64,000 nucleotides of DNA from Candidatus Pseudobacter hemicellulosilyticus (GTDB taxonomy: Bacteria > Bacteroidota > Bacteroidia > Chitinophagales > Chitinophagaceae), in contig CP119311.1 in assembly GCA_029202545.1 (NCBI GenBank), positions 5,276,069 through 5,340,068 of the forward strand, given 5' to 3'. The notes under the pieces are model-generated. The model was not told where the DNA came from. It saw only the letters and a list, made by a program, of their open reading frames with translations, and made no database searches. The position numbers and the translations under genes are program-made. Below are positions 28,579 to 38,862 of this stretch, piece after piece; the first letter of the stretch is position 1; every line of letters begins with the position of its first letter.

Positions 28579-29094
28579 ATGGACCTCCGCCAAACCCTGC
28601 TGCTGCCACATTCGGTGGACAGGCGCAACCAGGTGATCAGCTATGTAGGCAAGGATCCCGTCAGGTTTAAGGCCCTGGCCAGCCTCTTCTTTTCCCGGGA
28701 ACAGGCAATAGCCAGCAAGGCCGGATGGGCCATGGGTTATATAGTACAGGAAAGCCCGGAACTGCTGAACCCCTGGTTCAGACAACTGATCAAACTCCTG
28801 GAAGATCCCAAGGCGGAAGAAGCCCTGCACCGCCATAGCGTCCGCATGCTGCAGCATGTAAGCATCCCTGAACGCTACCACGGCCAGGTCATGAATACCT
28901 GCTTCAACTGGATAGCCGATATACAGGCACCTGTAGCGGTCAAAGCTTTCTCCCTGACCGTTCTGCACCAGCTCTCCCAGCAGTATCCGGATATCCGGCC
29001 CGAGCTGGCCCTGATCATCCGGGAACGCTGGGACCAGGAGACCGCCGCCTTCCGCAGCAGGGGAAAAAAGATCCTGAAAGCCATTGATAAATAA
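28579..29094 (+). CDS. Conserved hypothetical helical-repeat (HEAT-like) protein
   Basis: 171 aa of amphipathic helices (KAGWAM, PVAVKAFSL.VL..L) as in a common Bacteroidota family. Confidence 0.65.
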   Translation: MDLRQTLLLPHSVDRRNQVISYVGKDPVRFKALASLFFSREQAIASKAGWAMGYIVQESPELLNPWFRQLIKLLEDPKAEEALHRHSVRMLQHVSIPERYHGQVMNTCFNWIADIQAPVAVKAFSLTVLHQLSQQYPDIRPELALIIRERWDQETAAFRSRGKKILKAIDK

Positions 29095-29202
29095 CAGTTT
29101 TTTTTAACAGGAATAACCCTATCATTACACCCGGATTTTGAGTAATTTTATAGCCCTTAACCGTAGCCTGACAAAACCTGATCCATTCAAACAAAGCCCA
29201 AC

Positions 29203-31125
29203 ATGAAACCCCTTCTGTTCCTGCTGCTTGCGCATTTGTTAGTCCTTACAGTGTCCGCACAACCAGAGCCCATCCCCTTCGGAACTATTTCCTTCGAAGA
29301 AAGAGAAATGACAGAATGCTCCTTCGACAAAGAAGCAGAGGCCGTGATCCTTTTTGACAGGGCCAGCTCCACCCATGACGAACAGCACCACCTGATCACC
29401 GACCGCCATACCAGGATCAAGGTGCTCAAAACAAAAGGCATAGAACGGGGAGAGATCAGTATCTACTACTACCATAAAGATGATTTTGAATTCATCTCCA
29501 ATATTGAAGCCGCCGCCTATACCAAGGACGCCGCCGGCAACCTGATCACCTACCCCCTGAAAAAAGCCAATATCTACCGGCAGAAGGTCAACGACTACTA
29601 TTCCGTAGTGAAGTTTGCCCTCTCCGATGTCCAGGTAGGCACCATCATAGAATACAAGTACGTTAGCCAGATGAAGAGTTATGGCGGTCTGGAAGACTGG
29701 TATTTCCAATGGGATATTCCCATCCTGTACAGCGGCTATTCCCTGGTGATCCTGCCCAACTCTGAATTTGCCTACCAGGTACACAAAAGCGCCGATCTGC
29801 CGATTGTTGTTAAGAACGATAAGAACGACGGCTCCATCTATTTTGAGATGCGGGATGTTGCCGCGCTGCGCGATGAACCTTATTCCGATGCAGAAAAGGA
29901 CTACCGGCAGCATGTGGAATTCCAGCTGGCGGCCTATGGTGGCGCCTTCGGCTCCAAAAGAAAATACATGACCACCTGGGATGAAGTATCCCGGGAACTC
30001 AGCGGACATACTGATTTTGGCGTGCAGCTCAATAAGAATGTCAATGCCGCCGCCGACCTGGTCAGCAAGGCAAAGGCCGCAGGTTCCCCTTTTGCCGGCA
30101 TGAGCCTGATTTACCGCTACCTGTCCAGGACCATTGGCTGGAACGGTTATAAAACAAGGTTCACCCAGACCGGCCTCAAAGAAGCCTGGGACAAACAGAA
30201 AGGCAGCACCGCAGATATCAACCTGCTGCTGGTGAACCTGCTCCGGCAGGCCGGCCTCCAGGCGGATCCCCTGCTGGTCAGTGAAAGAAGCCATGGTAAA
30301 GTACGGCCCGACTATCCCTTCCTGGACCAGTTCAATAACGTGATGGCCTATGTGCAGATCGGCGACAAGGCCTATGTGCTGGATGCTGCCGGTTCTTACA
30401 CGCCGCCGGACATGATCCCCATTAACGTAGTCAATACCATGGGCTATGTGGTGAACCGGAAAAAAGGAGGCATTAAACTCCTGGAAGAAAAAAAGAAGAT
30501 GGACCAGCAACGCATCCTGGTCAAAGCCAGTGTGGATGAGGAGGGCAGCCTGCATGGCTATGCCAATATTAAAAGCTACGACTATAACCGGCTGGCCCGC
30601 ATGCGTACCCTTTACCAGGGAAAGGAGGAATTCCAGAAAAGATATATCACCCAGCGGCACCCATCCATGAAAACGGACAGCATCAATGTCCTTAACCAGG
30701 ATAATGATTCCCTGTCGCTGGACCAGCAGATCTATTTCACCCTGCCGGCCAGCAGCAGCGGGGATTACAAGCTCATCAACCTGAACCTGTTCACCGAGAT
30801 GGAATCAAGCCCATTTGTATCGGATATCCGTTTTACCAATATAGACCATGGCTGCAGTGAATTTATGGAGCTGATGTGCTCCATCAGCCTGCCCGCCTCC
30901 CTGGAACCGGAAACCGTCCCCAAGGATTCCCGCATGATCATGCCCGATACCAGTATCAGTTTTTCCCGTTTCTATCAGTACAATGGCAATGTATTATCGG
31001 CCCTTTTCCGCGTAGAAATAAAACGCCCCGTGTTCACAGCAGAAGAATACCCTTATATCAAAGAGTTCTATAAAAAAATGATCGCCTTCATGAATGAACC
31101 CTTTGTACTGCGTAAAAAACAGTAA
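29203..31125 (+). CDS. DUF3857/transglutaminase-like/DUF3858 protein 1 (catalytic Cys and His absent)
   Basis: Signal peptide, DUF3857 motifs (F.LSDVQVGTIIEYKY, W.FQ.DIP) and a TG-like core reading KGSTADIN...FNNV...LDA. Confidence 0.85.
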   Translation: MKPLLFLLLAHLLVLTVSAQPEPIPFGTISFEEREMTECSFDKEAEAVILFDRASSTHDEQHHLITDRHTRIKVLKTKGIERGEISIYYYHKDDFEFISNIEAAAYTKDAAGNLITYPLKKANIYRQKVNDYYSVVKFALSDVQVGTIIEYKYVSQMKSYGGLEDWYFQWDIPILYSGYSLVILPNSEFAYQVHKSADLPIVVKNDKNDGSIYFEMRDVAALRDEPYSDAEKDYRQHVEFQLAAYGGAFGSKRKYMTTWDEVSRELSGHTDFGVQLNKNVNAAADLVSKAKAAGSPFAGMSLIYRYLSRTIGWNGYKTRFTQTGLKEAWDKQKGSTADINLLLVNLLRQAGLQADPLLVSERSHGKVRPDYPFLDQFNNVMAYVQIGDKAYVLDAAGSYTPPDMIPINVVNTMGYVVNRKKGGIKLLEEKKKMDQQRILVKASVDEEGSLHGYANIKSYDYNRLARMRTLYQGKEEFQKRYITQRHPSMKTDSINVLNQDNDSLSLDQQIYFTLPASSSGDYKLINLNLFTEMESSPFVSDIRFTNIDHGCSEFMELMCSISLPASLEPETVPKDSRMIMPDTSISFSRFYQYNGNVLSALFRVEIKRPVFTAEEYPYIKEFYKKMIAFMNEPFVLRKKQ

Positions 31126-31154
31126 GCCCTACCCAGCCCCTTAAACCTTCTCAT

Positions 31155-33080
31155 ATGAAAAAAGCAATTTTCCTCCTGCTCCTGCCGGTATGTGCATGGG
31201 CAAGACAGCAAAAACCTGCACTTCCTGAATTTGGTAAAATAGACAAAGCCGACATGGAGATCCGGGAATGCGATTTTGACAAAAATGCCGAAGCCATGAT
31301 CCTTTATAATGGCGGCACCCTTACCCTGGATGCCAGCGGCGGCATGGTGACCATGTACCTGGACCGGCATGTCCGGATCAAGATACTGAAAGACAAAGGC
31401 CTTTCCTACGCAGATATCCATATCCCCTTTCAGAGCTACCACAAGAACCAGTATATCAAAAGCCTGAGCGCCCAGACCTATAATACCGATGCCGGCGGGA
31501 ATATCATTATCTCTAAGCTGGATAAGAAGCTGGTGTACGAGAAAAAGATCGATAAAAGAAGTTCCGAAGAAACCTTCAGCTTCCCGGACGTAAAGCCCGG
31601 CAGCATCATTGAATACAAATACACCCTGGTAGGCGCCCGCCTCAACAACTGGCATTTCCAGCATTCCCTGCCCGTACGCTACAGCTGGTATAAGGTAGAT
31701 ATGCCCATTGAGCTCCGTGTGCATTCCACCCCCAAATGCAGCCTGCCATATGAGCAGCAATCGGAGATCAAAGGCAACCGGGATATTAAGACCTTTTCCA
31801 TGCGCAATATACCGGCCCTGCGGGATGAAGCCTTTATTACCTGCGAGGACGATTACCTGCAGCAGGTAAGCTCCCGGCTTATAGCTATTGATGTGCCCGG
31901 CCAGGCCCCGGTTGACCTGACCGGCAGCTGGCCGCTTATTATCAAGGAACTCATGGAAGATGAGGATTTCGGCAAACAGCTGAAAAGAAACATTCCCCGT
32001 ACCGGCGACCTGGACTCCCTGCTCAACCTGACCAGAGATCCCTATCAACGGATGGCTACCATCCACCGGTATGTACGCAAGAACATGACCTGGAACGGCT
32101 ACTCCAATATCTGGGCGCTGGATGGTGTGAAAGAAGCCTGGAAAAATAAGAAAGGGACTACCGGCGAGATCAACCTGATCCTGGTGAACCTGCTCAAAGA
32201 TGCCGGTCTGCATGCGCATCCCATGCTGGTCAGCACGCGGAGCCATGGTATGGTAGACCCCCTGGAACCCAGCTATTATCAGTTCAATAAAGTGATGGCC
32301 TATGTGACCATAGACAACCAGGTCTATGTCCTGGATGCAACTGATCCTTATACTCCTCCCAATATGATCCCCTACTCCGTCATGTACAGCCAGGGCCTGG
32401 TGATTGAAAAGTTGGATACCTTTGAAGGGGGCTGGAAAACACTCTGGGATCCCAAACAGTATTTTAAAACAGTGACCCTTGTCCAGGGTGAAATTGATAC
32501 CACCGGCACTATGAAAGGACAGGCAACGCTGTACAGCTACCAGTATGAACGGCACCAGCGTGTGCGCGTCTATAAGAACGGGCTGGATCAATTCCGGCAA
32601 TCCTATTTCAGCAGCTACCCGCAGATGCAGATGGACTCACTGCTGATTGAGAATACCGATTATGATACGGCGGCCCTGAAACAGACCTTCCTGTTCAGCC
32701 AGCCGGTGAGCAGTGCGGGAGATTATCAGTATTTTTCAGCCAACCTGTTCAGCGGCCTGGAAAAAAATCCTTTTGTGGCCGATAACCGGTTCTCTGATGT
32801 ATTCTTCGGCGCCAACCAGCAATACCAGCTGTATACCAATATCAGGATACCCGATGGTTACAGCGTTGAAGGTTCGCCCAAAAATATTAAGATGATCATG
32901 CCCGATACCAGCATCATAGTCACCCGCATGGTGAGTAAGGAAGCCAATATCCTGAGCTGCCGCTTTACCCTGGAATTCAAAAAGCCCTTCTATTCCATAG
33001 AGGAGTATGCCGACTTCAGGGAGTTCTATAAAAAATTATTTGACCTGCTCAATGAGCAGTTCGTGATCCGTAAAAACTGA
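31155..33080 (+). CDS. DUF3857/transglutaminase-like protein 2 (catalytic Cys and His absent)
   Basis: Paralog of the upstream gene (FPDVKPGSIIEYKY) with a core reading KGTTGEIN...FNKV...LDA. Confidence 0.85.
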   Translation: MKKAIFLLLLPVCAWARQQKPALPEFGKIDKADMEIRECDFDKNAEAMILYNGGTLTLDASGGMVTMYLDRHVRIKILKDKGLSYADIHIPFQSYHKNQYIKSLSAQTYNTDAGGNIIISKLDKKLVYEKKIDKRSSEETFSFPDVKPGSIIEYKYTLVGARLNNWHFQHSLPVRYSWYKVDMPIELRVHSTPKCSLPYEQQSEIKGNRDIKTFSMRNIPALRDEAFITCEDDYLQQVSSRLIAIDVPGQAPVDLTGSWPLIIKELMEDEDFGKQLKRNIPRTGDLDSLLNLTRDPYQRMATIHRYVRKNMTWNGYSNIWALDGVKEAWKNKKGTTGEINLILVNLLKDAGLHAHPMLVSTRSHGMVDPLEPSYYQFNKVMAYVTIDNQVYVLDATDPYTPPNMIPYSVMYSQGLVIEKLDTFEGGWKTLWDPKQYFKTVTLVQGEIDTTGTMKGQATLYSYQYERHQRVRVYKNGLDQFRQSYFSSYPQMQMDSLLIENTDYDTAALKQTFLFSQPVSSAGDYQYFSANLFSGLEKNPFVADNRFSDVFFGANQQYQLYTNIRIPDGYSVEGSPKNIKMIMPDTSIIVTRMVSKEANILSCRFTLEFKKPFYSIEEYADFREFYKKLFDLLNEQFVIRKN

Positions 33081-33088
33081 TCCGCCTG

Positions 33089-34984
33089 ATGAGAACAAGA
33101 ATACTAACCAGCCTCCTGATGGTCCTGCTGCCCGCCGCGGCCACACTGGCCCAGGCGCCGGGTTATGATACGGCCTCTATTCCCGCATCCCTTAAACAGC
33201 AGGCCGATGTGGTGAAACGGTATGAGCGTATCATTTTTGAGGTAACGGATATTGACCGGGCACACCTTACTGTGCACCAGGTATTTACCGTCCTTAACCA
33301 TAAAGGCAGTGATGTCCTCTTCTTCCGGGAAGACACGGACGAATTTAACCAGCTGGGGGATGTGGAGATAAGGGTATATGATGCACAGGGCCGGCAAACA
33401 GCCAGGTACCGCAAAAAGGACCTCAGCACCGTTGCTGTAGGAGAAGGACTGGTGGCCAATGGTAAAGCATCCTATTACCGGGTCAATGCGCCCGGCTATC
33501 CTATTACAGTGGAATATATCTTCGATAGAAAGTTGAAGGGTACCTTAACCTACCCCACCTGGTATATACAGGAACCCGGGCAAAATGTGATGCAGTGCAG
33601 CTTTGTAGCCAAAGTACCCAAGGCCCTGGACCTGCGGTTCAAAGCCCGCAACATTTCCCTGACACCCAGGATCACCGAGGACGACAAGTACAGGCAATAC
33701 GAATGGGGGACTGATAACCTGGCACCCGTTCAGTATGAAGAAGGCTCCATCAGTTTCCAGTATAGCTATCCCACCGTTTCGCTGGCGCCTAACCGCTTCC
33801 GGATGGACGATTATGAAGGCGATATGCGGACCTGGGAGAATTTTGGCCGCTGGTATGGCTCGCTCAAAAAAGGGGTGGATCTGCTCAGTCCCGCACGGAA
33901 AGCAGTACTGGCAGCCCTTGTCAAAGATGCCAGGGACGACGAAGAGAAAGTAAGGATCCTCTACAGGCACCTGCAGCAGAATTTCCGGTATGTGAATATT
34001 AACCTCGGTATCGGTGGCTGGAAACCTATTTCAGCTGAATTTACTGATCAGAACAAGTATGGCGACTGCAAGGCGCTCAGCAATTTCATGCAGACGGCCC
34101 TGGAAGCGATAGGCATTACCAGTTACCAGGCCCTTGTCAACTCCCAGTATAATTTTGAGGCGGTGGATCCTGCTTTCCCCTGCAATGAATTCAACCATGT
34201 GATCCTCTGTGTGCCCAGGCCAAAGGATAGTATCTGGCTGGAATGCACCAGCAGGACCATTGAGTTTGGTGTGCTGGGCAGCGACTCGGAGAACAAGAAT
34301 GCTTTACTGATCACCCCCAATGGCGGGGTACTTGTCCCCACGCCCCGCAGCAGCGCCTCCAGCAACAGCTGGAGTACCAATACCACTATCATTTTACAGG
34401 AAGACGGGTCCGGCAGCACCAATACCCTGTTCCGCGGATCCGGCGCCTTTAAGGAACAACTGGATGAAATGGTCCATGAAAAACTGGACGATCAGAAAAA
34501 GTTCCTGGTGTTTGGGCTGGGCTTTAAGCAACCGGACGAATTCCTGCTGAAGAGCATTCCGGATTCGGCCGCTTATTACAGGTTGCAGACCAGCATAGAG
34601 AAGATCCCTGAATTCACCGCCGGCAGTAAAATGTTCCTCAGCCCCCGGCCATACAAACTCAGGACCCAAACGCTGCCCAAGGCAGAAGGCCGGAAAGAGG
34701 ATTATTATTTCTACATGCCTTTCATTCAGAAAGATACCACCCGTTTACAGCTGCCTGCTGGTTTCAAGCAGGATGCGCTGCCCAAGCCCAGGGCTTTGCA
34801 GTGTAAGTATGGCAGCTATACCACCCAATACTGGTATGATGAGGCAACTAACAGCATCTATACCGCCACCATGCTGCAACTGACCGAGATGAAAATACCG
34901 GCGGCCGACTATGCCGCGGTCAGGCAGTTCTTTGATGAGGTACGGCAGGATGATGCACAGCGGATCGTGATCCGGAAGGACTAA
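33089..34984 (+). CDS. DUF3857/transglutaminase-like protein 3 (intact triad)
   Basis: YVNINLGIGGWKP, YGDCKALSN (Cys), FNHVI (His) and WLECT. Confidence 0.88.
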   Translation: MRTRILTSLLMVLLPAAATLAQAPGYDTASIPASLKQQADVVKRYERIIFEVTDIDRAHLTVHQVFTVLNHKGSDVLFFREDTDEFNQLGDVEIRVYDAQGRQTARYRKKDLSTVAVGEGLVANGKASYYRVNAPGYPITVEYIFDRKLKGTLTYPTWYIQEPGQNVMQCSFVAKVPKALDLRFKARNISLTPRITEDDKYRQYEWGTDNLAPVQYEEGSISFQYSYPTVSLAPNRFRMDDYEGDMRTWENFGRWYGSLKKGVDLLSPARKAVLAALVKDARDDEEKVRILYRHLQQNFRYVNINLGIGGWKPISAEFTDQNKYGDCKALSNFMQTALEAIGITSYQALVNSQYNFEAVDPAFPCNEFNHVILCVPRPKDSIWLECTSRTIEFGVLGSDSENKNALLITPNGGVLVPTPRSSASSNSWSTNTTIILQEDGSGSTNTLFRGSGAFKEQLDEMVHEKLDDQKKFLVFGLGFKQPDEFLLKSIPDSAAYYRLQTSIEKIPEFTAGSKMFLSPRPYKLRTQTLPKAEGRKEDYYFYMPFIQKDTTRLQLPAGFKQDALPKPRALQCKYGSYTTQYWYDEATNSIYTATMLQLTEMKIPAADYAAVRQFFDEVRQDDAQRIVIRKD

Positions 34985-35001
34985 CCTTACAGCTACTACA
35001 T

Positions 35002-35047
35002 AAAAAAATGAAGAAGGGGCGGTTGCTTAATTGGCAACCGCTCCTTC
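35002..35047 (-). terminator. Intrinsic terminator overlapping the end of the UbiD-family CDS
   Basis: 14-bp stem, 35013-35026 with 35034-35047 (one imperfect pair). The stop codon sits in the loop and a T7 run follows on the minus strand. Confidence 0.7.
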
Positions 35048-36988
35048 TCCATATAACTGGGTTTTGTATTTGAGGGAAGGCGAAGGAATGAACGCCCCGA
35101 GGCCCAGCGCTGCCCATTTCTTATCCACCGATGCAATTGTTGCATCCGCTGATACTACAATATTGGGCCAGTCGCGCTGGAACCCATCCAGCTCCTTGGT
35201 CTTGATGGTGCCGTCCAGGCCCAGGCAGGCGGCGGTTTTACCGGGCTGCCGGCGCGCAGGTTGCTGGATCACCTGCTGATCGCGTTTAGGATCCAGGTTA
35301 TTGCAGAAACGCCAGAGCGCTACGGGCAGATCCAGGGGATCAACAGTGCTTTCTACATACAGGATCATTTTGATCCCTTCCACTTCGGACAGCTGGCATA
35401 CCTGCTGGTGCAGCTCCCGGATATGACCGGGACGGTTCTTCTCCACCGATACCAGGATCACAGGAATGTCCATGTTGAGCAATGCTGTATTGACAGCATG
35501 GATCTCGGGGAAGCTGGCTTTCAGCTTACCGGCAAGGCCGGCTTCCAGGGAGGCCAGGTTGGGGATATTGCCGAGGAACTGATCATCCACCTCTTCGACT
35601 GTTTTCCAGGTGCCGTCAATGCACATTTTACCGCCAAAGCCGGGTTTGCTGCAGCTATGGTCCAGCACATCCATGGGCCCCTGCGTAAAATAGACATCGG
35701 TAGCGGGATTGAGGTGGCGGAACACATCCTGCGCCAGTTTGAGGTAATCAGTGATAGGGAAACCGCTGCCGGTAGGCGCACCTGCCGGCGGTGTGGCGGT
35801 CAGCACCAGTATTTTGTTGAACATCATCTGGCCGGCGCCCCACATGGCGTTCATCACTTTCTGGCCCTGGCCGGGATATTCTTTGTTGATCTGCGTGATC
35901 ACGAGGTTATGGAACACCCCTTCTACCGGCATGTCCATGTCTACGATCTCAGGCACCATGGTCATTTTGATAGGCGCCAGGAAGATCCTTTCCGTGGCCT
36001 TGCCCAGCCAGGCGTCTTCCTGCGGGGGAATGCCCACAATAGTGGCCGGGTATACCGGGTTCTTCTTATGTGTGATGGCGGTGATATGGAAGCGGGGATA
36101 CCAGTCGGCCAGCGAATAATACCCCGTATGGTCCCCGAAAGGACCTTCCCAGATGGGTTCGTCGGCGGGGTCTACATATCCTTCAATCACAAAATCAGCA
36201 TCGGCAGGTACTTCTATTTCGGGCTGGGTGATACATTTCACCAGCTCTACTTTCTTCTTGCGAAGGAAGCCGGCCAGCATATATTCATCCACATTTTCGG
36301 GCAGCGGCGCTGTGGCGGAATAGGCATAGGCCGGATCACCGCCCAGGGCTACAGCCACCGGCATGCGTTGACCCAGTTTTTTGTATTCAGAGAAATGGCG
36401 GGCGCTCACTTTATGCCGATGCCAGTGCATAGCGGTCATGGTAGGACCAAAGACCTGCATCCGGTACATGCCTACGTTCCGGATATTGGTATGGGGGTCC
36501 CTGGTATTGATAATGGGCAGGGTCACAAAGGGACCACCGTCCTTGGGCCAGCAGGTGATAACAGGCAGTTTTGTGATATCGGGACTGGCCATCACTACTT
36601 CCTGACAGGCGCCACGGCCCTTTTTCACCTTGGGCATCCAGGAAGCAAATTCAGACAGTTTAGGTAGTAATTTCAGTTTATCCAGGATGCCTTCCTTGGG
36701 GGAAGCCAGTAGTTTGAACAGTTTTTCGATCTCGGCAGCCACATCGTCCAGTTTTTCCACTCCCAGGGCCAGGCACATGCGCCGCTCGCTGCCATAGGCA
36801 TTCATGAGCACAGGGAAATCGTAACCGGTATTTTCAAAGAGAAGGGCTTTGCCGCCACCGGGGGTCTTGCTGATACGATCCGTGATCTCGGCAATCTCCA
36901 GGACGGGGTCAACGTAGGATTTAATGCGGATCAGCTCTCCAGCTGCCTCCAGCGTGTCGATGAAATGTTGCTGATTTTTGAATGCCAT
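35027..36988 (-). CDS. UbiD-family decarboxylase (menaquinone biosynthesis type)
   Basis: LEIAEITDR, WPKDGG.FVTLP, RNVGMYRMQ, EGPFGDHTGYYS and GAGQMMFNK motifs. Confidence 0.9.
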   Translation of the reverse strand: MAFKNQQHFIDTLEAAGELIRIKSYVDPVLEIAEITDRISKTPGGGKALLFENTGYDFPVLMNAYGSERRMCLALGVEKLDDVAAEIEKLFKLLASPKEGILDKLKLLPKLSEFASWMPKVKKGRGACQEVVMASPDITKLPVITCWPKDGGPFVTLPIINTRDPHTNIRNVGMYRMQVFGPTMTAMHWHRHKVSARHFSEYKKLGQRMPVAVALGGDPAYAYSATAPLPENVDEYMLAGFLRKKKVELVKCITQPEIEVPADADFVIEGYVDPADEPIWEGPFGDHTGYYSLADWYPRFHITAITHKKNPVYPATIVGIPPQEDAWLGKATERIFLAPIKMTMVPEIVDMDMPVEGVFHNLVITQINKEYPGQGQKVMNAMWGAGQMMFNKILVLTATPPAGAPTGSGFPITDYLKLAQDVFRHLNPATDVYFTQGPMDVLDHSCSKPGFGGKMCIDGTWKTVEEVDDQFLGNIPNLASLEAGLAGKLKASFPEIHAVNTALLNMDIPVILVSVEKNRPGHIRELHQQVCQLSEVEGIKMILYVESTVDPLDLPVALWRFCNNLDPKRDQQVIQQPARRQPGKTAACLGLDGTIKTKELDGFQRDWPNIVVSADATIASVDKKWAALGLGAFIPSPSLKYKTQLYGEGAVAN

Positions 36989-37390
36989 CGGGTAATAATT
37001 AGGCGGCAAGATACGAAGGAAGCGCCGATAAGCCCATGAGCAACATCAATCCGCGCCAGTGGCCGGTCCCCGGGGTCCATAATTGTCAAGAAATTCCATT
37101 TAATTTTTTTGAGACCGAAACAGTGCGTAATTTTCCGCATCAATTGGCTTCCTTATCCATCCTGGTCCCTGTTTTACTGACCTTCTCCTCCTAATAATTC
37201 TTATCAGGCACGTATGTGAATAGTAAAACCAGACCGCTGCTATTACGGGTTATCCGACCGCCTGCAGTGCATCCCAAAAAGCCAGCAATCCAAAAGCATC
37301 TGTAACATCACTTCTAATAGACCGCAACAAGCGTTGTTTTTAGTCCGTACCCCTTGTTAAGCCGGGAATTGATAACAACTTTTTCATTTT

Positions 37391-37783
37391 ATGTCAAACA
37401 TGATCAGGATCATGGTGGTGGATGATCATGACCTCTACCGGGAAGTCCTTACTGATTTTTTAGAACGAAACGGATTCAAGGTGACCCACTCCCTAAAAGC
37501 AGGCGCAGGCATGGAAGAAAGCCTGCAACCGGATGATCTTCCGGACATCGCTATCATCAGCTTCAAGACCAGCAAAATTGGTAATATGACCCATCTGCGC
37601 TGGCTCAAAAATAGTTTTCCATCTGTCAGGGTGCTGATCACTACCCTGTTCAACGATAAGATACCTATGGAGGAATTGAAGCAACTGGGGATCAACGGCG
37701 TTATTATCAAATCCAATGCCGATACCCAGCAGATCATGAAGGCGCTGCGCCTTGTCCAGGATGGACATAGTTACTATAACTAA
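37391..37783 (+). CDS. Stand-alone response-regulator receiver domain (atypical)
   Basis: IRIMVVDDH...PDIAIISF...RVLITT...G.IIK, a NarL-like receiver with no HTH. Ser occupies the phospho-Asp position. Confidence 0.75.
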   Translation: MSNMIRIMVVDDHDLYREVLTDFLERNGFKVTHSLKAGAGMEESLQPDDLPDIAIISFKTSKIGNMTHLRWLKNSFPSVRVLITTLFNDKIPMEELKQLGINGVIIKSNADTQQIMKALRLVQDGHSYYN

Positions 37784-37799
37784 AATTTATCGGCAGGGA

Positions 37800-38660
37800 T
37801 CAGTTCACTTTTGGGCAACCCATCTGGTTGTTCCTGTAACGGCCGCCGCCGTAGGAACTGCCATTGCCTGTATTGAGGCCGATGGTGAGCGTAATGCCGT
37901 TGGTATAGTACCAGTCTCTGGCCGGACCACCACGCTTGATATTGAAGTCGGGATAAGTAGTAACCCCATCTTTCAGCTCACCGCCCCTGTAGGACATCTC
38001 CACCGCTTTCTGCCCTCTTTCCTGGAACAGGACGTTTGGATCAATATAACGGGTGCTGACATCGTCCAGGTAATCATTGAAGAGTTTGCGCAGGCCTATC
38101 TCATAGCCCAGCACCACATTATCACTGACACGGAATTTGACGCCCACGCCAAAAGGAACGGCAAACTGGGTGAGCTTGTAATCTTTGCGCGATGGATACT
38201 GCGGCAGCCCCTGCCCTTCTGTACTCAGCGGTTTCAGGTAAAGTTTGTTGCCGGAAGTATCGTAAGCATAAGGATTGAAATGGTAGAGCGCCACACCGCC
38301 AAAAACATAGGGCGATATCTTTTTATCATTGAGGTCAAAGAAAGTGTATTGCAGCAGCAGGTGTCCTTCATTGACATGGGACTGGAAGCTCAGGTTGCGC
38401 GCTTTCAGAAACGGATCCTTATTGAGTTTATCATTGCCCTGCACTTTGCCAAATGCAAAGCCTGCACGTACAGCAATACGTTCGGTCAGGTCATACTGAA
38501 GACCGAAGCCTGCGCTGAACCTGGCCTGGTCAAGGGTAAAATTCTTTTCCTGCAGATCGCCCTGGTAATTCATCAGGCCGCCATACGCAGTTATATGCAA
38601 CCGTTGCTGGCTCATTCCGGCAATGGGAAGAAACAAACAGAAAGCCCAGATTATTCGCAT
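37800..38660 (-). CDS. DUF6089/PorT-like outer-membrane beta-barrel protein
   Basis: YGGLMNYQGDL, RNLSFQS, SPYVFGGVALYHFNP, LKPLSTEGQG, EIGLRKLFNDYLDDVS and RG....DWYY motifs. Confidence 0.85.
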   Translation of the reverse strand: MRIIWAFCLFLPIAGMSQQRLHITAYGGLMNYQGDLQEKNFTLDQARFSAGFGLQYDLTERIAVRAGFAFGKVQGNDKLNKDPFLKARNLSFQSHVNEGHLLLQYTFFDLNDKKISPYVFGGVALYHFNPYAYDTSGNKLYLKPLSTEGQGLPQYPSRKDYKLTQFAVPFGVGVKFRVSDNVVLGYEIGLRKLFNDYLDDVSTRYIDPNVLFQERGQKAVEMSYRGGELKDGVTTYPDFNIKRGGPARDWYYTNGITLTIGLNTGNGSSYGGGRYRNNQMGCPKVN

Positions 38661-38862
38661 ACAGATGCTTTAAGAGGTTTTCTATGGTTCCGCTCCCGGA
38701 ACCGGTCTTACAAAGTAAAATGATATGTATTGGTTCTTTTCAATATTCGCGCCAAATATCAGGTAAGCTGTCCGGCAAATTCGGAATGTCCTGTTAAAAG
38801 AAGGACACCCCTCCGGGAGATATACGGAAATACCGGCCAGCTGGTTGGCGGATAATTAAGGC

